A stretch of DNA of 55,389 nt from Halocafeteria seosinensis (taxonomy: Eukaryota). The stretch lies in NCBI GenBank assembly GCA_001687465.1, contig LVLI01000146.1, forward strand, positions 124,001 through 179,389, written 5' to 3'. This document shows positions 26,411 through 39,839 of the stretch, piece after piece. Every line of letters starts with the position of its first letter. Position 1 is the first letter of the stretch. Both the position numbers and the translations under genes were made by a program. Below the pieces are notes generated by a model. It was not told the origin of the DNA and made no database searches. It worked only from the letters and a program-made list of their open reading frames with translations.

Positions 26411-27937
26411 TCAGTCGAAGGTGGGAAGCTGAGGCACTTCCTGTCGTACAAGTCCTAAAGCTTCAAATGGAGATACATAAGTTGCATCCTCCCTATTCGC
26501 GCGTGTAGAGTCGTGATGGACGCTACTAGCTTCTGCGGGATTGCTACGGTTCGTGGACTGGAAGAAATTCTGAAGACTGCAACGAGAGTCCAACCAAGCT
26601 CTTCTGATATCGTAAACGTCGATCTCTTCTGGTGATGTGTTGTTCTGTACGTTTGAGATTTGCATATGAAGTCGAGCGACTCCAGTTTGCTGAGAACCGT
26701 AGTAGGTCACCAGCAATGTTGCTGTTGGACGTGTTACCGTAATCCGAGGATGGGTCTCTGCCGCCGATGTGATAGACTCTTTACGCAGTAAGTCGACAGC
26801 GATGGAAAACACCTTCTCCCCTTGTTCCATCCGTTGACAACACTCGGCAAACACATCACGCATACAACTCGGATGAAAGAAAACCATTTCCCCGACATTT
26901 TTCCAGAGCGCGGATATCTCCGCTTCTGAAAACCCGAACAGTGGAAGTGAAGCCGAGTTCAGTTTCACCGATTCTACGGTCATCAGCGGAGCTGTAAAAG
27001 ATAGTGTAATTGAAGCTGTATAAGCAGCAGCTGGTCTTTGCACATGAAGCTGCAAAGAATTTCCTTCGCTCTCAGATACCACACTTTCTCCCCGACTCAG
27101 GGAGGCGGAGGCAAAGGTCGTCCTTGTACCACAAGGGTTGGAGATCTCAGAGAGATGGCCACTCCAGAGAGGATAGGCAGAGGTGATCGTTTCCCCTGCT
27201 TCAAAAGGCGGGTCGCTATAAGCAGTTGATTCTACTCCAGCGGTACTTCCGATTCCTGTTCGGTTGCTTAAAGAGCTCCTCGATCGTGGAGTCGGTTTGC
27301 TCTTCGGTATTTTGCAAGGAGGATCTATTCCTTCTACAATTGACAATCTAGTCTTCCTTCTTTTCGCTGCTGTGCCATCACAACATTGCTCCGGTTTTCC
27401 AATTCTTATGCATCGCGTGCAGGGTCTCTGTCCAGATCGTGATAGAAACCTTGAGTATAGAATTAACAAACTAGTCTGCAACATTAGGGAACTTACCTCA
27501 CCATTGCACTGTAGAATTCCAAATAGAGATTACAGTAAAATAAATAAAAATAGAAACTAAGCTGATTCCGACGTCTCATAGAAGTGTTTAAATATTGCTC
27601 TACTTACCTTCCTTTTTCCTCGTTCACATAGAAGGCACGAAGTTCCATGCCCGCTGTGAGTGTCTTTGCGCTTGGCTGATTTTTGTTTTCTTCTCCCTCG
27701 AAACTCCTGCGAGACCTCCGACCCGGCTGATGCGTCAATTGGCGCTGAAGCGGGAGAGGAAGTAGGAAATGTTTGCGCGACGTTCTGGCTTCCAGAAGGG
27801 GAGTTCGACTTCGGTCTAACGGGATGGAAAACACTTTCTCCAACATTTTGGTGCACTGAATGTAAAAACGAACTTTGATCTTCTAAAGATGGAAGTGTTT
27901 CCTGGGGTGACAGGGACTCGAAATCGTCGAAATCCAT
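26411..27937 (-). CDS. Zn(II)2Cys6 binuclear-cluster transcription factor; introns 27607-27509 and 27496-27428 flank a 12-bp microexon (27508-27497); start may extend to 28015
   Basis: Spliced sequence SCLLCERGKRK-CNGE-RPCTRCIRIGKPEQC fits CX2CX6CX5CX2CX8C. Confidence 0.85.
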
Positions 27938-29018
27938 TGTAGTCTGCGTTGCCACCCCTCCTGCGTTGGGAGGACGAGACAAACCGAAAAAAATGAAGTC
28001 TGCTTTACAGCCCATTAAAATCAGCCTGATACGTACCCGCCCTTTTATTGGACCAATCTTGTTCCGCGGAGCTACTGAAACGGTGTTTCGAGACTCAAAA
28101 GAGTCTATACAGTCCCAGCTACGACTCGGATGGGCCTCGGCGCCCCCACACCACCTGTACTCCAGAAAAACACTACGAACGCTTGCCGGGAGGAAATACC
28201 GTAGTGTTTCCCTTCGAAAACGCTACAGAATGAAAGAAAATATCAATTCAATCGCTTATACCGTATACGGGGTGTTAAGAAAGTTTGTCTGTGGCGGTAA
28301 AAAGAACTGGAGTGATGCTGTTGCCCCTGGAAAGCCCCTGCCTTGCAAACGCACGATAAAAATAAAACCAATTTTGGGTTTGTTTGCCGTTTCTACAAAA
28401 CACGATTTCCGTGATACATGAACGAAACATGACAACTCTGGCAAAAAATGTTAGTTTTTTTCTTTCTTTTTTCTTCGGAACACTGTTTCGCTACGGTTGT
28501 ACACGGAATGGATTCTTGGGTACTGTGGCGAGTCAGAGCTCCGCTCCGAAGCCCGCCGGCCGCCTTTCCGTCCAGTGTCTTGGTAGGTTTTCGTAGCACG
28601 AATATGGGGTTGCACACTGGATTAGCGTACATGGAAGAAATTGTTCATTAGAGAACGGGGCGGGGATGAACATAATCAAGGAAGCGCATGGCTGCACGTG
28701 ACACGACAGTGGAACGTTGGTCGCTGAAGAACCAGACTTCCGTTATTTCCATTTTTGTCTTGTATTTCCTGTGCTAGTTCCCCCGTATTCTCGGCAACCA
28801 CTCTTTTGTATCTATTCGTCCCCGTTGGTACCCACACAGTCTTTATTCGATGAACATGGCCTCAACATTGAAGTTGCGTTGGTGTCAAGTTGAAGTTTGA
28901 AAGGACACGGTGCCACGTGACGGTGGCAGTCAAATGATTCATTGTCTATGTAAGGGTTGTATGTGTGTCTTCCAGTCATTTTATCGGCTTTATAGTACTC
29001 TCTGGCAACCGCACGAGC

Positions 29019-31851
29019 ATGGAATCAGAGGAGGGAGCGTACCAATATTTGAGTGATGACAGTGAAAACAGCATCAGAAAGCAAGGGTTTTGGGCTTCCA
29101 TGACTGGCGGGACCCACCGTGGCAAAAGACGAGATAAAAAAGCTGAACCTCTCTTGTATTCGGCAGACGAGGAACAGGACGATGAGCAGGAGAGCGAAGG
29201 GACCCCAGGAGGAACGGGCACGCCGCTATCGTCGGCTGCATGGGGTTCGAGAAATCAACGTCAGCAGGAATCACATCAGCAAGGAGGTGAGAACGAAGTG
29301 AATGGTGCTTGGAACTCTGAAATTTCTCGACAAAGGAGTGCTTCCGAAGCGAGTGACTACATTCGCAACTTTGGGGATGAAACGGAAGGCGGGAGCGATG
29401 TGCAACCCGGAAGAAGAACATACCACCACACTGACTGGAGTCAGCGCCCACATCGAGTCCCCGACGAGTACCTCCACGAGGACAGTGGAGCTGTGAGCGA
29501 TACAGGAAATCGAGAACACACTCGAAGGAATTATCATCATTATGAGGACAAGCACTTGGGACCAAAGCACCATCCTCGAGAACAACTTGAGGTGGTCTCA
29601 AAGGAAGGAGGAATGCTGGTCGAAGAAGGTCCAGGGCGTGGTCCCTACCGGGAAAGAATGGGATCACAAGTACCAAGGCAAGCCCCACTGTATGGTATGG
29701 CAAGGAGGGTTAGGGGAACCAACCCTATGAGGAAGGGTCCTGGAATCCGTCCAGCCTTTGGACGACACCACAAAACCGCCGGTGGGAGCGTAGGTGGCCC
29801 CGTATCGTATAAGGATCCGCTCTTTACCGATTTGCAGGCAGGCGGAGATGTTAAGTATGAAAGTGCCGCAAGAAACAATCCCATGAGGATTGGGAGAAAA
29901 GACAAGAAAGAAGACCGTGCTCGCATGGTAGAAGAGCGCCGACTGTTACGGAGGGAGCAGAGAAGAGCTGACCGATTGAACACCGCTGCAACCCACAGCG
30001 ACCACGACGCACAGAGTGCCACAGAAAACGAGCAAAGACCAATAAGAGAAAAGAAGAGCTCATCGAAACCAAAGAAGAAGAAGAAGAAAAGTCAAGATGG
30101 GAAGAATAAAAGCGGGAAATCCAGTAGCAGTGAGCAGAGTTCCAATAACTCCTCAGAGAGCGACGATAGTGATAGCTCGGCCGACAATGAGACAGCCAGA
30201 GTGGCAGCCTATTGCACGTGTGGCCTCTTGTCTACTCCAGAGCTTCGCACAGAGTTGCGTCAGGCTGGAAGCGAACTACTACCTTCTAGAATAGGCAACG
30301 GCCCTCCATTATCATGGTATCATACGGTGTATACTGATGTGCTACACTCGAAGGGATGGACCCACAAGAATCGTGACTTTGGACCACCTTCAACAGAGCA
30401 GATGCAAGTCACCCCGCAGACATTGGGACAGACATCAAAACAGGAGAGCAGATATCTGGAGAATGAAGTGAACAGCCGGAAGAGTCAAATGGTAGAACCT
30501 CCCAACGGTGAGGATGATGATAACGATGATAATTTTGAGCAGCGCTTTCATAAAAAAGGCATTATTCCCGAATTTGAAGACGAAGCGGCCGAAGATCAGG
30601 AAAATTTGCCCTGGAGGCGTCTGTCTGCAAAAGATGCTGAGTTTCTACACAGTGAAGCCTCTGGGAAAGGCACGAACTTCGGTATTGAACTGTCCCGCGG
30701 TCAGCTACAGGATTCATCGCTTGCCGCGAGCCCTGGCAAGACGGTAAACTTTATGGAACCTCATAAAGATGATGGTAGCGCTACTGAAGAAGAGCGCCTT
30801 GCCTGCCCGGATGTGTTCTATTTTACATTTGGAGTGATCGTATTTTGGGGTAAGTTCAAACTGCCGATAGCTCTATTCCATGGAGGGTGATTAACTCGCT
30901 AGTTTAAACATATAACATTCACAGGGTTTACTGAGGCTCAGGAACGCGAGTTCCTAGAGCGTATTAGGAAGTTTCAGTACCAATTGGTCAAAACCATAGA
31001 ATATGATGACATGGCGTTCACGTAAGTTCCCATGCTGACTGTGTCATCCTGCGCTAAGCAGACATGAAGACACATCTCAAGGACTGTTGCAGATATGGGA
31101 AGAAAAGTACAGTGTCAAACGACGAGGTCACGCTGAAGTCAGATGATGCTCTGGAAAAGCTGGCAGTGTCTTATGCGTTTGCCCAATCGGTGAAACTTTC
31201 TGTATGTGAACAACGAGTAAATGATACCATTGAGGAGACAAAAGATATTCCAGTGGAGCTCGCTAGAAGTGGGAAAATCGGACTCTCTGCATCAGATATA
31301 TCCCGAAAAATAGGGGAACTTTTCATCGAGGTATGTAGTTACTACATGACTCTTGGATGAGGCGTCTTATAACCGCTAAGTGGCATCCTCGATTCCAGCG
31401 AAACTCCGTTAACTTGACGTCAGACATTCTGGATACACCAGAGTTTCTGTGGGAAAGCGACGAATACGAGGTATGCTTGATTTGACTATGCTACCAGATT
31501 CTTGCATGATTCACACGTGTATTCTTACTGTTGCAGCCGGTATATGAGGTCGTCCAGTCCTATTTAGATGTTGACACACGGGTAGACGTGTTAAACCAGC
31601 GACTTGACATCATTCGCGAACTGTAAGTGCAACGACATGCTCATTCTGAGATAGTAACTCTCGTTGAAGACTAAAGTATGATGAGCAGGCTCGATATGCT
31701 TTCTGATCAATTGGAAAATCAGCATGCATCCCGTTTAGAGTGGATTATCATTTGGCTGATCGTTATAGAGGTAGTAATAGAGGTTGTTTGGAACATGATC
31801 ATTCGCGATATTGCCGGGAAATTCGACCGGTGTGGGTGCAACGAAGAGTAG
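29019..31851 (+). CDS. RMD1/RMND1-like DUF155 protein with long disordered N-terminus and C-terminal TM helix, multi-exon
   Basis: DVFYFTFGVIVFWG, KLAVSYAFAQSVKLS, IGELFIE, DILDTPEFLWE, YLDVDTRVDVLNQRL, RLEWIIIWLIVIE. Confidence 0.9.
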
Positions 31852-31891
31852 TGTGCTTTGTCTCAAGACTTTGGGCTCCTACCCGTACTCT

Positions 31892-33130
31892 TCAAAAAAC
31901 GATAGTATCCATCATGGTCCCCAGAATTTGAACAATGTTCGTTGTCATCGTTTCGTATACACTATCCTCTAACCTTCTTTTCTCATCGACCCGCCCAACT
32001 CGCTCAACCAGAAGATCCTTGTCAGATTTTTCTTCTTCTTCTTCGATTTTCTTGCAATAACCATCAACTAAAGATACCATATTCTCGGACTGCTTTTCAT
32101 TTGATTTTGTTATACCGTCGAACGAAGATACTTTCAAACCTGACTTCCAGTTCTTCTTGTGAAGATTCATGAGCATTTTTTCCTCAAGAGCATTCCTTCT
32201 AAAGCTTATCACCATAGAGTAATAATGTCGATTAAGCCCGTGGACTAAGGCTTGTATCGTCGGCTTCTTCAAGTGGCCTAATACCGACGTCGTTTGCCGC
32301 GGCTGCTGTCCCATCATCTGTGCTTGTGGGTTGATACATCGGAAGGCATCAATCTCGACCTTTCCTTTAACTGACATGATCGGGTCGACCACCACAGCGA
32401 CTGATCGAGAATTCAATTGCTCAAAACTCTGCACATCACACAAGCACAAACGACCCGCCCATTCGGTACAAAAAGGACTCGGAATCAGTAGATTCATTAA
32501 TTGAACTTACCTGTTGCGTTTGAACATCTACTCCTGACAACCAGCATCCCCAGCCTGGATGTGAATGGTACCATCCAACTACCATTTCCGGTCTGCGGCA
32601 CGTACACGTACACAGCGCGTTAAAGGCGCGCGGAACCACTGGTAGAATACTTCCCATACCTTCCTGTTTGTTTAAGCATTTCCATCATTTGTTGCTGGAA
32701 GACTGGATCCACTGCTTCCACTGTCATCGAGGTCCCTCGTTGCGGCATGGCGAATACGTCTACACATTTCACCGTATAGTCATCCACGAAGTCACCCAAC
32801 ATTAAACCCATAACCTCGAAAGGAACACCAGCACGACCTGTATACGACATACACGTAGATAAGCAATACATATCCCCTTGAAACACCACAAAAAGCATGG
32901 GGTCCCTGGGCTCCCCTAGCCATCCCCTTGAATAAAACTACAAAAGGTATAGGTGATGCAGGTTGAAGAAAGCATCCAAAGAATCCACACATACCGTGCT
33001 TTAGCATCTTTAGTAACGATAATGAAGAAATATAAACTGTTTCGGCTGTATCTGTCATGGGAAGATCTGCCCCTCCCATGCCAGGGATACCACCTCCACC
33101 ACCCAATTGCTGAAGAAGATTGGGGTCCAT
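31892..33130 (-). CDS. PSMD14: 26S proteasome lid deubiquitinase RPN11/PSMD14, multi-exon
   Basis: [36 protein letters not shown] motif [33 protein letters not shown]. Confidence 0.97.
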
Positions 33131-33475
33131 TTTCGCCGGGTTTTTGCTGCTTTTAAATACGTTCTAGAAAGATACAGTAAGCAGTTGCACACTAGATGCT
33201 ATTCTGGAACACACTAAGCGACAGACAATGACGTCTACAACGGTATTACCACCGATCATACCGGAAGTTCAAACTAGACGAAATGTTTGTTATGTATCGC
33301 AGCTTCAACACGTGACGCGAGAAGTGAAGTCGCGTCGCGATTGGAATCCCCGAATTCACACAACATTACCCATAGAATACAATTTATACATCATTGAAGT
33401 AAATTCAATGAATTCGGTACAATGAGATGGTTCTTAGGAACCTCATACCCCATGTGCACCACTACTTCGCGAACG

Positions 33476-35780
33476 TCAAGATGGAGGAGGAGGCTTTTGC
33501 TTCGGAAGTCGAATAACGGACTCGGTTCCTGTAGGAGTCTTTATCTTTGCTTTGCGTTTCGCACTGGCATCCAAAGAGCTATAAGATTCAGAGGTGTTGT
33601 GATCCCCTGTTGTTGTCTCCGGTTTTGGAGATGGAGTTGTATTATCCGTGGTTGCAACAGGCGAGCTCTCGGTCAATGTAGAATCAGTTGAGTTCCCCCT
33701 TAAAGTCCTCCGCTGGACCCTTCGCGTACCAAGCGTTCGTCTACTGGACCTCTGTCGAGTTGCGTCAGAGAGAAGCAGAGCAGGTTTGTTGACCCCGGGA
33801 TTCCTCCCCTGTTCATTTCCGTTGAGACTAGTGGCATTGGAGGCCACAAAATTGCCTCCTGGCTGCATCTCCCCTGTAGTATCGCGAGTGACAGCAGAAA
33901 CCCGCTTTTGACGATCCCGCCTCTCAGTATCACCTAGCTCTCCTCGCTTACTTCCCCCATATATTTGACTGAGACTCACGTTCTGAAGACCGTACTCTGA
34001 AGGATTGTTGCGAGCCTGCTGCAGGGGATTACCCACCGAGACAGCGGCATTTAGTCGTTGGTCTGGTCTGCTGCTCCTACTAGACGAGCGAGGCGTGGGG
34101 CCATTTTGTTTTTCCGTTTCCGCTGCTGCCACTGAACTCCGTTCCTTTTGTCTTCCGGCTTTTATCATTGCCTTTCTCTTGCTCAAATGCTGCAGGCATG
34201 GGAAGAACTACATGCAAGAAATAGCACAAGACGTGTTTGTGTACCCAACTAACCTCTCTCCATAATAGATAGCCTAAAATTGCATTTGCAAGGAGGCTTA
34301 ACCACATGAGTACAAACGTTCCTATAAAACCTGCCACCAAAGTAAATTGCCAACAGGTGACGAGGAGCATTTAGAGCTTACATACAGACTTCAACCGTAC
34401 CATCCTTGGCCCAGACGGACTCGTCACAACTGGACAGCGAGCGTGGCTGAACACGCATATAGGGTCCTTTTCCACGAATAATTCCATTCCTTTCTCCTGC
34501 ATCAGTATAGTGCTATCAAGTGATAAAAGCCAGTAGTCTCCTGCCACAACACAATGTTGGCCGTACGTACCTGAGGCAGATTCTGCGATTAGTATTATCC
34601 CAGAGATTAGTCCATAGAGGACGCCTCTGTACAGATTATTCCGATACGACATAGTTGTACTTTTGCCCTCGGTGGCGTCTTGAGTATGAGGAACGTCCAA
34701 CGGAGTAAAGCGGCTGTTATAGCCTTATGTGTCCGTAGAAAGGAGACCAACCAACCGTCAGTTGAGCCTTCACACCATTCTTAATGCAATCCCCAGCAAC
34801 ATGCTGCCCGTGCGACTACGGAATCTGAACCTCGTGTATAGCTCATACGCTTATTCCATGCTGAAATTGTTCCCGTCCGAACACGCACGACTAAGTTATA
34901 CACAACATACGCGTGGCGCGAGACCCAAGTCCTGATCACTGCTGCTTATTCACGTCCCTGCAGACGTCGATTCCCGTGGAACTTTCCGGAAATACCTTCT
35001 CAACTATGACGCAATCACCATACGACAATTTAAATTGCTTGTAGTCATCTAGAACAATTGGATTGCGGCATGCAAAGAAACGTGAGTTGTGGCGGTTGTT
35101 GGCCCTGCCCTGGGGCGGACTGTCGCCGGCCCGAAGAGGGGTGAATTTGTGACCAACTGAAAATACTCTGCCGAGACAGCTCGAGCACCACAGGTTTGAA
35201 TGGTGCACTCTGTGGCTTCAATGTGCTCTAGATTAGGCATTGCGCTGGACGCGCTCTGTGTCTTGATCGTGAGAGATGGGATGCCAGAGGTGTGAAGTCG
35301 CTCAAACCGAAAGAAATGTCTCTAGCGATGCAAAACGTGGTCACAGCGCATGTCATTTACACGCTCAGTCATACCTTTCGGTGGGATGTATGGACCTAAA
35401 TTTGGATATAAAATGCTTGCCAAAGGATCCAGCAGCAAAGGATCGGTCCGCACACGCTGACTGTCCGCTTGCTATCCGGTAACCCACTTCAGATCCTGCT
35501 GACAACATACAAAGTGCAAGCCTCGTATTGCAGGCCGGAATGCACATATGGATGAACTGTGCTCTGGCCTACGCATGTCTGTGTAGAGCCTTCATGCCTG
35601 GGAATACAGACTGAGTGTAAACTCCTGTGAGGTACTCTTAGCAGTGCAGACGATGTTGGATTCCACAGTTGGAAAGACCGCATGGCAAATAAATACGAAG
35701 CACGTCTCTGTATTTATAGCAACTAATCGAATTAGAGCCGCGTCTTTAAGTGACTTCTGGTGCGCTGCCTTCGCATCCAT
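33476..35780 (-). CDS. Probable multi-exon gene for a membrane protein with a low-complexity C-terminal tail; exon structure and start not resolved
   Basis: Long Ser/Thr/Arg-rich final ORF (33476-34186), hydrophobic segments (FTLVAGFIGTFVLMWLSLLANAILG; GVLYGLISGIILIA) and several GT donors. No family motif recognised. Confidence 0.35.
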
Positions 35781-36190
35781 CGTGGGCCTCTCTATAGATC
35801 TAGTTCAATTCTCGTACTACAACGTGAGATAGCGTTTTGCTTGCTGCACACCTGATATCGAGAATCTACGCAGTAAGACGAGTCTGGACCAGAAATACGC
35901 CTGGGAAGGCAATGAGGTGTCATGAACTACATACTAAACACCGGTAAGCCTATTTTCGGATTCATGCATGGCTGCGAAGGTATACATTCCCGATGCAGAA
36001 TTTGGTACTCAGATGTTCTGTAACGATGTTTCGTGCTCAGGAGCTGAGGAGCAGAGCCAACTTGGTGAACCTCTGCGCAGTGAAGCTGTGATACTGCCTT
36101 ACGAATGATGCCACGAAAATCGAAAGAGCTACTGTAGAACGATATTCATGTTGGATAGTTATCAGGTATCAGAGATGGTGGCTTTAACCC

Positions 36191-36254
36191 AATCCAACCG
36201 TGTGCACACACACACAAATGTGACAGATAGCCCACCGGCCGGGGAATCCAACCG
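36191..36254 (-). mobile_element. 44-bp insertion (36201-36244) flanked by the 10-bp direct repeat AATCCAACCG; (TG)n-tailed on the minus strand
   Basis: Direct repeats at 36191-36200 and 36245-36254. The insert shares 32/33 bp with 49126-49158 in inverted orientation. Confidence 0.7.
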
Positions 36255-36431
36255 GCTGTGCTTGGATAGTTCAGCATAGCTGAGAGATATCGACGGTTGT
36301 TACATCGGAATACTAGTAAGCCCTGTCTAGTGGATGAGACTACCTCTTTTGCTGTATACCTGTACAGCACACACTGTGAGCACAGAGAGAAAAGCAGTAC
36401 CAGTGCAGTGAATGGCGTAGGAGAGGGTGCG

Positions 36432-36457
36432 CGGGTTATGTGTGTGTGCACGGGTTA
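36432..36457 (+). repeat. 12-bp TGTGTGTGTGCA insert between 7-bp direct repeats CGGGTTA
   Basis: Repeats at 36432-36438 and 36451-36457; the insert matches the tail of the 36201-36244 element. Confidence 0.5.
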
Positions 36458-39400
36458 CTGGGGTTAGTCAGTCTCGGATGTATTAACTACCTGCTCGAAG
36501 AGTAGGAGGCTGTTTGAATTCGGAAGATAGAATCACATAGAATTCGATATAGTTGAGAAAATCTGACTACAACTCGCTACAAGCATCTGTGGGAGGAAAA
36601 GCATGGTCTCATTCTCCAAAGCACGGGCTACGGGTACGGCTACAACTTGAACATTGGTAGTTCGTTATCAACCCCGAGTCTCCGTCGGCTCGCGATATCA
36701 GGTATCGTTTGCTGTGCGTGTTGTATGGAATGATTGATTTAAGTATATGGATGGGAGGAACGGGCAAAATTAGCTCTAAGTACGGTACATGTAACGTGCT
36801 CAGTGGGTTCCACGTGTTGTTCACCAGTTGACTGCTGTGCTGCGTGTATGGTTCATGGATGGACGGTTCCACAGCTATACATTTTTTTGTACGCAAAATC
36901 TCTCCAATATTACTTATTTTGGAGCGTCACATTATTTGGATACTATCACTGACAAGCAACGTCAGGGGCAGCCTGTTCCTCGGAGTTTTGAGACTTGAAC
37001 CAGCAGGACAGGGTGTTTGATATGTCTGTCCAACACTGGAAGAGCGTATTACCCCTCCTCCTCTTCTGGGTTGTTTGTCCAAAGCGGGCTCTCTAGGTTA
37101 GACGTACTTTTCTTGTTTCCTCTTTCGTGAATGACTAGCATTACATCATAGAGATTGTCCGTAGTGCCTCCGGCCACGGCGTTGATGGAGAAAACTCTCC
37201 TTCACAGCGCTCGTCGCCAGTGGAGGTCACTGAAAGCTCTTTTGGCCGAGATAGACGTATTCGTTACTTCCTACAAGTGATACATGTTAGTGGAAGATAT
37301 ACGATCCTTTTTGTTCTCTGAGACACTTCAGGATGTGGAAGGAGACATGGGTTTGCTCCTTGAGAGGAGAAAGGTTACCTAACTACCGAGGTTTCTAACG
37401 ACTTGTCTGCCCCTACGATTTCTCAGCCCTTTGATGAAATTCCCAGAGCTCAGTAAACATGATAGCTTATGATTGTGCCCCTGGGTTTTTTACTCCCCCT
37501 GAAAGGCCATCGAGAGATGATGACAAGTATCATGAAAATGACCTTATCCGCCAGAGAGCGCCATACGGTTTTTTCACCTCCGTTCCGGCGGCTTTCACTC
37601 CTTGCAGAAGCTGATACAATTGTCCTTGTGGCACCAAAAAAGCAAGAATATATGGAAATACCCTCTCTTCCTGGCTTGGTGGTAGCTGCGAACAATCTCG
37701 AAAACAGTGAGCGCAAAACGGCATCGCAATAGAGTATCTCAGCGCTCCACTCCCACAGATTTCGAGAGGAAGCACGCTATACTGCTTGGATCTCATGTCC
37801 TCCACTGCCAAAGTGGTGGCGACCAATTGGGATCCCATCGATAGTCCTGCTCGTGGGGCTATTGTAAGAGGAACAAACGATACTCGGTTGCATAGGATCG
37901 TCCCGACGTTGCCGGTCAGGGTCAAGTCTAGACGCTATAACGCTGACCTGGGGGCTCCGACGAGTTGACAGAATTTAAGAATTGAGTGAAACCAAAGTCA
38001 CAGCTGATATTATCCGGAATTGAATTCTCCTAGAAAGATGCTAGGAGAAGAACTCAGAGCGTGGTCCGCAAATTTGGACGTTCTCAGTCAGTGAACCGGG
38101 ACAAGCGAGATTTGGGAGCCACGTAGTCGCTCTCAGAGAGTGGAACTTCCCGCGACACCATTAATGTATAGCTGCAACTTTTTCAGGCGTTTTGGACCTC
38201 AACAGCCCCCAGTTTTAAGGACTCCGATACGAGGGCACACAGAATTGGCGATTCATTGGACTGTGCGGTTTTCTCTTTCACAGAAAACAGCGCAACCAAA
38301 AGTGGCAACCAGATATCAATCGATGTTGCCATTGCATCATGTCCCCAACCTGAGAGTGCCTTCGACTGCACTGGACTGGGTAGGCAATCAGGGTCCGATT
38401 CTTCATTCCCCAATGGAGTGATTTGCCTACCGGCCCGCGGATATCCTCCTGACGTTGTAGTCATTCTAATTTTCTGCTCGTAACCCTTTCTATTCGCGAG
38501 AGTAAGCGAAGAACTTCAGGGAGGCAGACGAGGGCTGGGTCGATGGGTTCTGAGAGGGATCACTTGCATGGCACTTCCAGGATAAACTGAAAGGCGAACA
38601 ACCAATCATTAGACGATGACAAACGAGCGACCGGAAAGGTCTTATGCTATTGTTAAGTGCGAAGTATTTAAACCAAGAGACATAGCCTGTGTAGTCTAAG
38701 TGTGGTTGACACTGCTTTCCTCGGGCTGGTTGCGGCGCTTTTGTTTCCTGAAACTCCGATGGTGGAGAGAGTGATGAATAATTACGTAATTCGACGTTCT
38801 TTACTCTATCGGACATTTGGCAATTATTTTGAGAGCAGTCTGTGTAAGTCTAAAACCAATATGGGTGTCCTCACTGCGATCAGCGCTGGACTATGGCAAA
38901 TTTTCAGGCACCCAGCCCACCTATGTTCTAGGTTAGGACAAACCTCGCGAGCATCGATGCTATACTTTGCACGAATTTGGTGGAAGAATGAAGCACCGTT
39001 AGATATAGTACAGATCTGTTGCGCCTGCATCAGCACTGGCCTGCAGTGGACTACGGATGAAGACAAGAGACAGTACAGCACGCGGTTAAAATAGGTTATA
39101 CGAAACCGGCAGCAGCTCTTATCCGATGCTCCTTATGTGGACACTAAGGAAAACAATATTGCAGTAGAATTTACTTGAACGTTGATTCCTGTGTCTGTAA
39201 CGTCACCGTTTCGTAGGAGAGTGGGGCCCGTGCGTTGTACATGTACTGTAATGATCACCTGAGTTGAACTTCTATGTTGAACCGGAAAAGAACGCAGCTG
39301 CGGAGTCTCCCGTGGTGGCTACTGTTGGAATGAAATGCTTCATTTGAATGAAGGAGTAGAAGCCACAGTTGCAGACGTTGATTCACTAATATAGGAAGAC

Positions 39401-39585
39401 TAGGGTGTGTGTGGACAAGTGTTCAGTGGCCCGTAGTTCTGGCAGTTGGAGCTGCCGCATTTGGTTGGCGACGTCCTAACGGTCAGCTAGAGTTGGTCTT
39501 TTTTTCTTTTCTTTTTTCCTCAAAGAAACACAATATACAACCGATATTTCTTAATTTGAATATGCGCTCATCGAACCTCCAAGTG

Positions 39586-39839
39586 ACACACCCAGGGCCG
39601 CCCTCCGGGTGTCCTGACACGGAGGGCGTCGGAGTTGAAGGGATCAGCCGGCTGTCGTCAAAGGGCTCCCAGATGCCGAATTGTTCGTGGACTTGATTTG
39701 ACCCTAGGCCTGACAGAAACATCTTGCCACTTTGAGTAGATCGGTCCCCCTGCATTGGTGTCCTTAGGGTGTGTAAGAGTAGTGCACGGAGAGGCTGTTA
39801 TTCGGTCGTTATAGACTCGTTAAACAGCCCCCTTTTTTT
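39586..39839 (+). other. Candidate structured non-coding element (family and strand unknown)
   Basis: Nested complementary segments and a final hairpin followed by T7 (details in findings). No match to RNA families I can recognise. Confidence 0.3.

Noticed and set aside
37700..37830. LAVEDM...CAHC as a TnpB/Fanzor RuvC remnant
   Set aside because: No RuvC-I or RuvC-III motif, wrong spacing, and no second CxxC.
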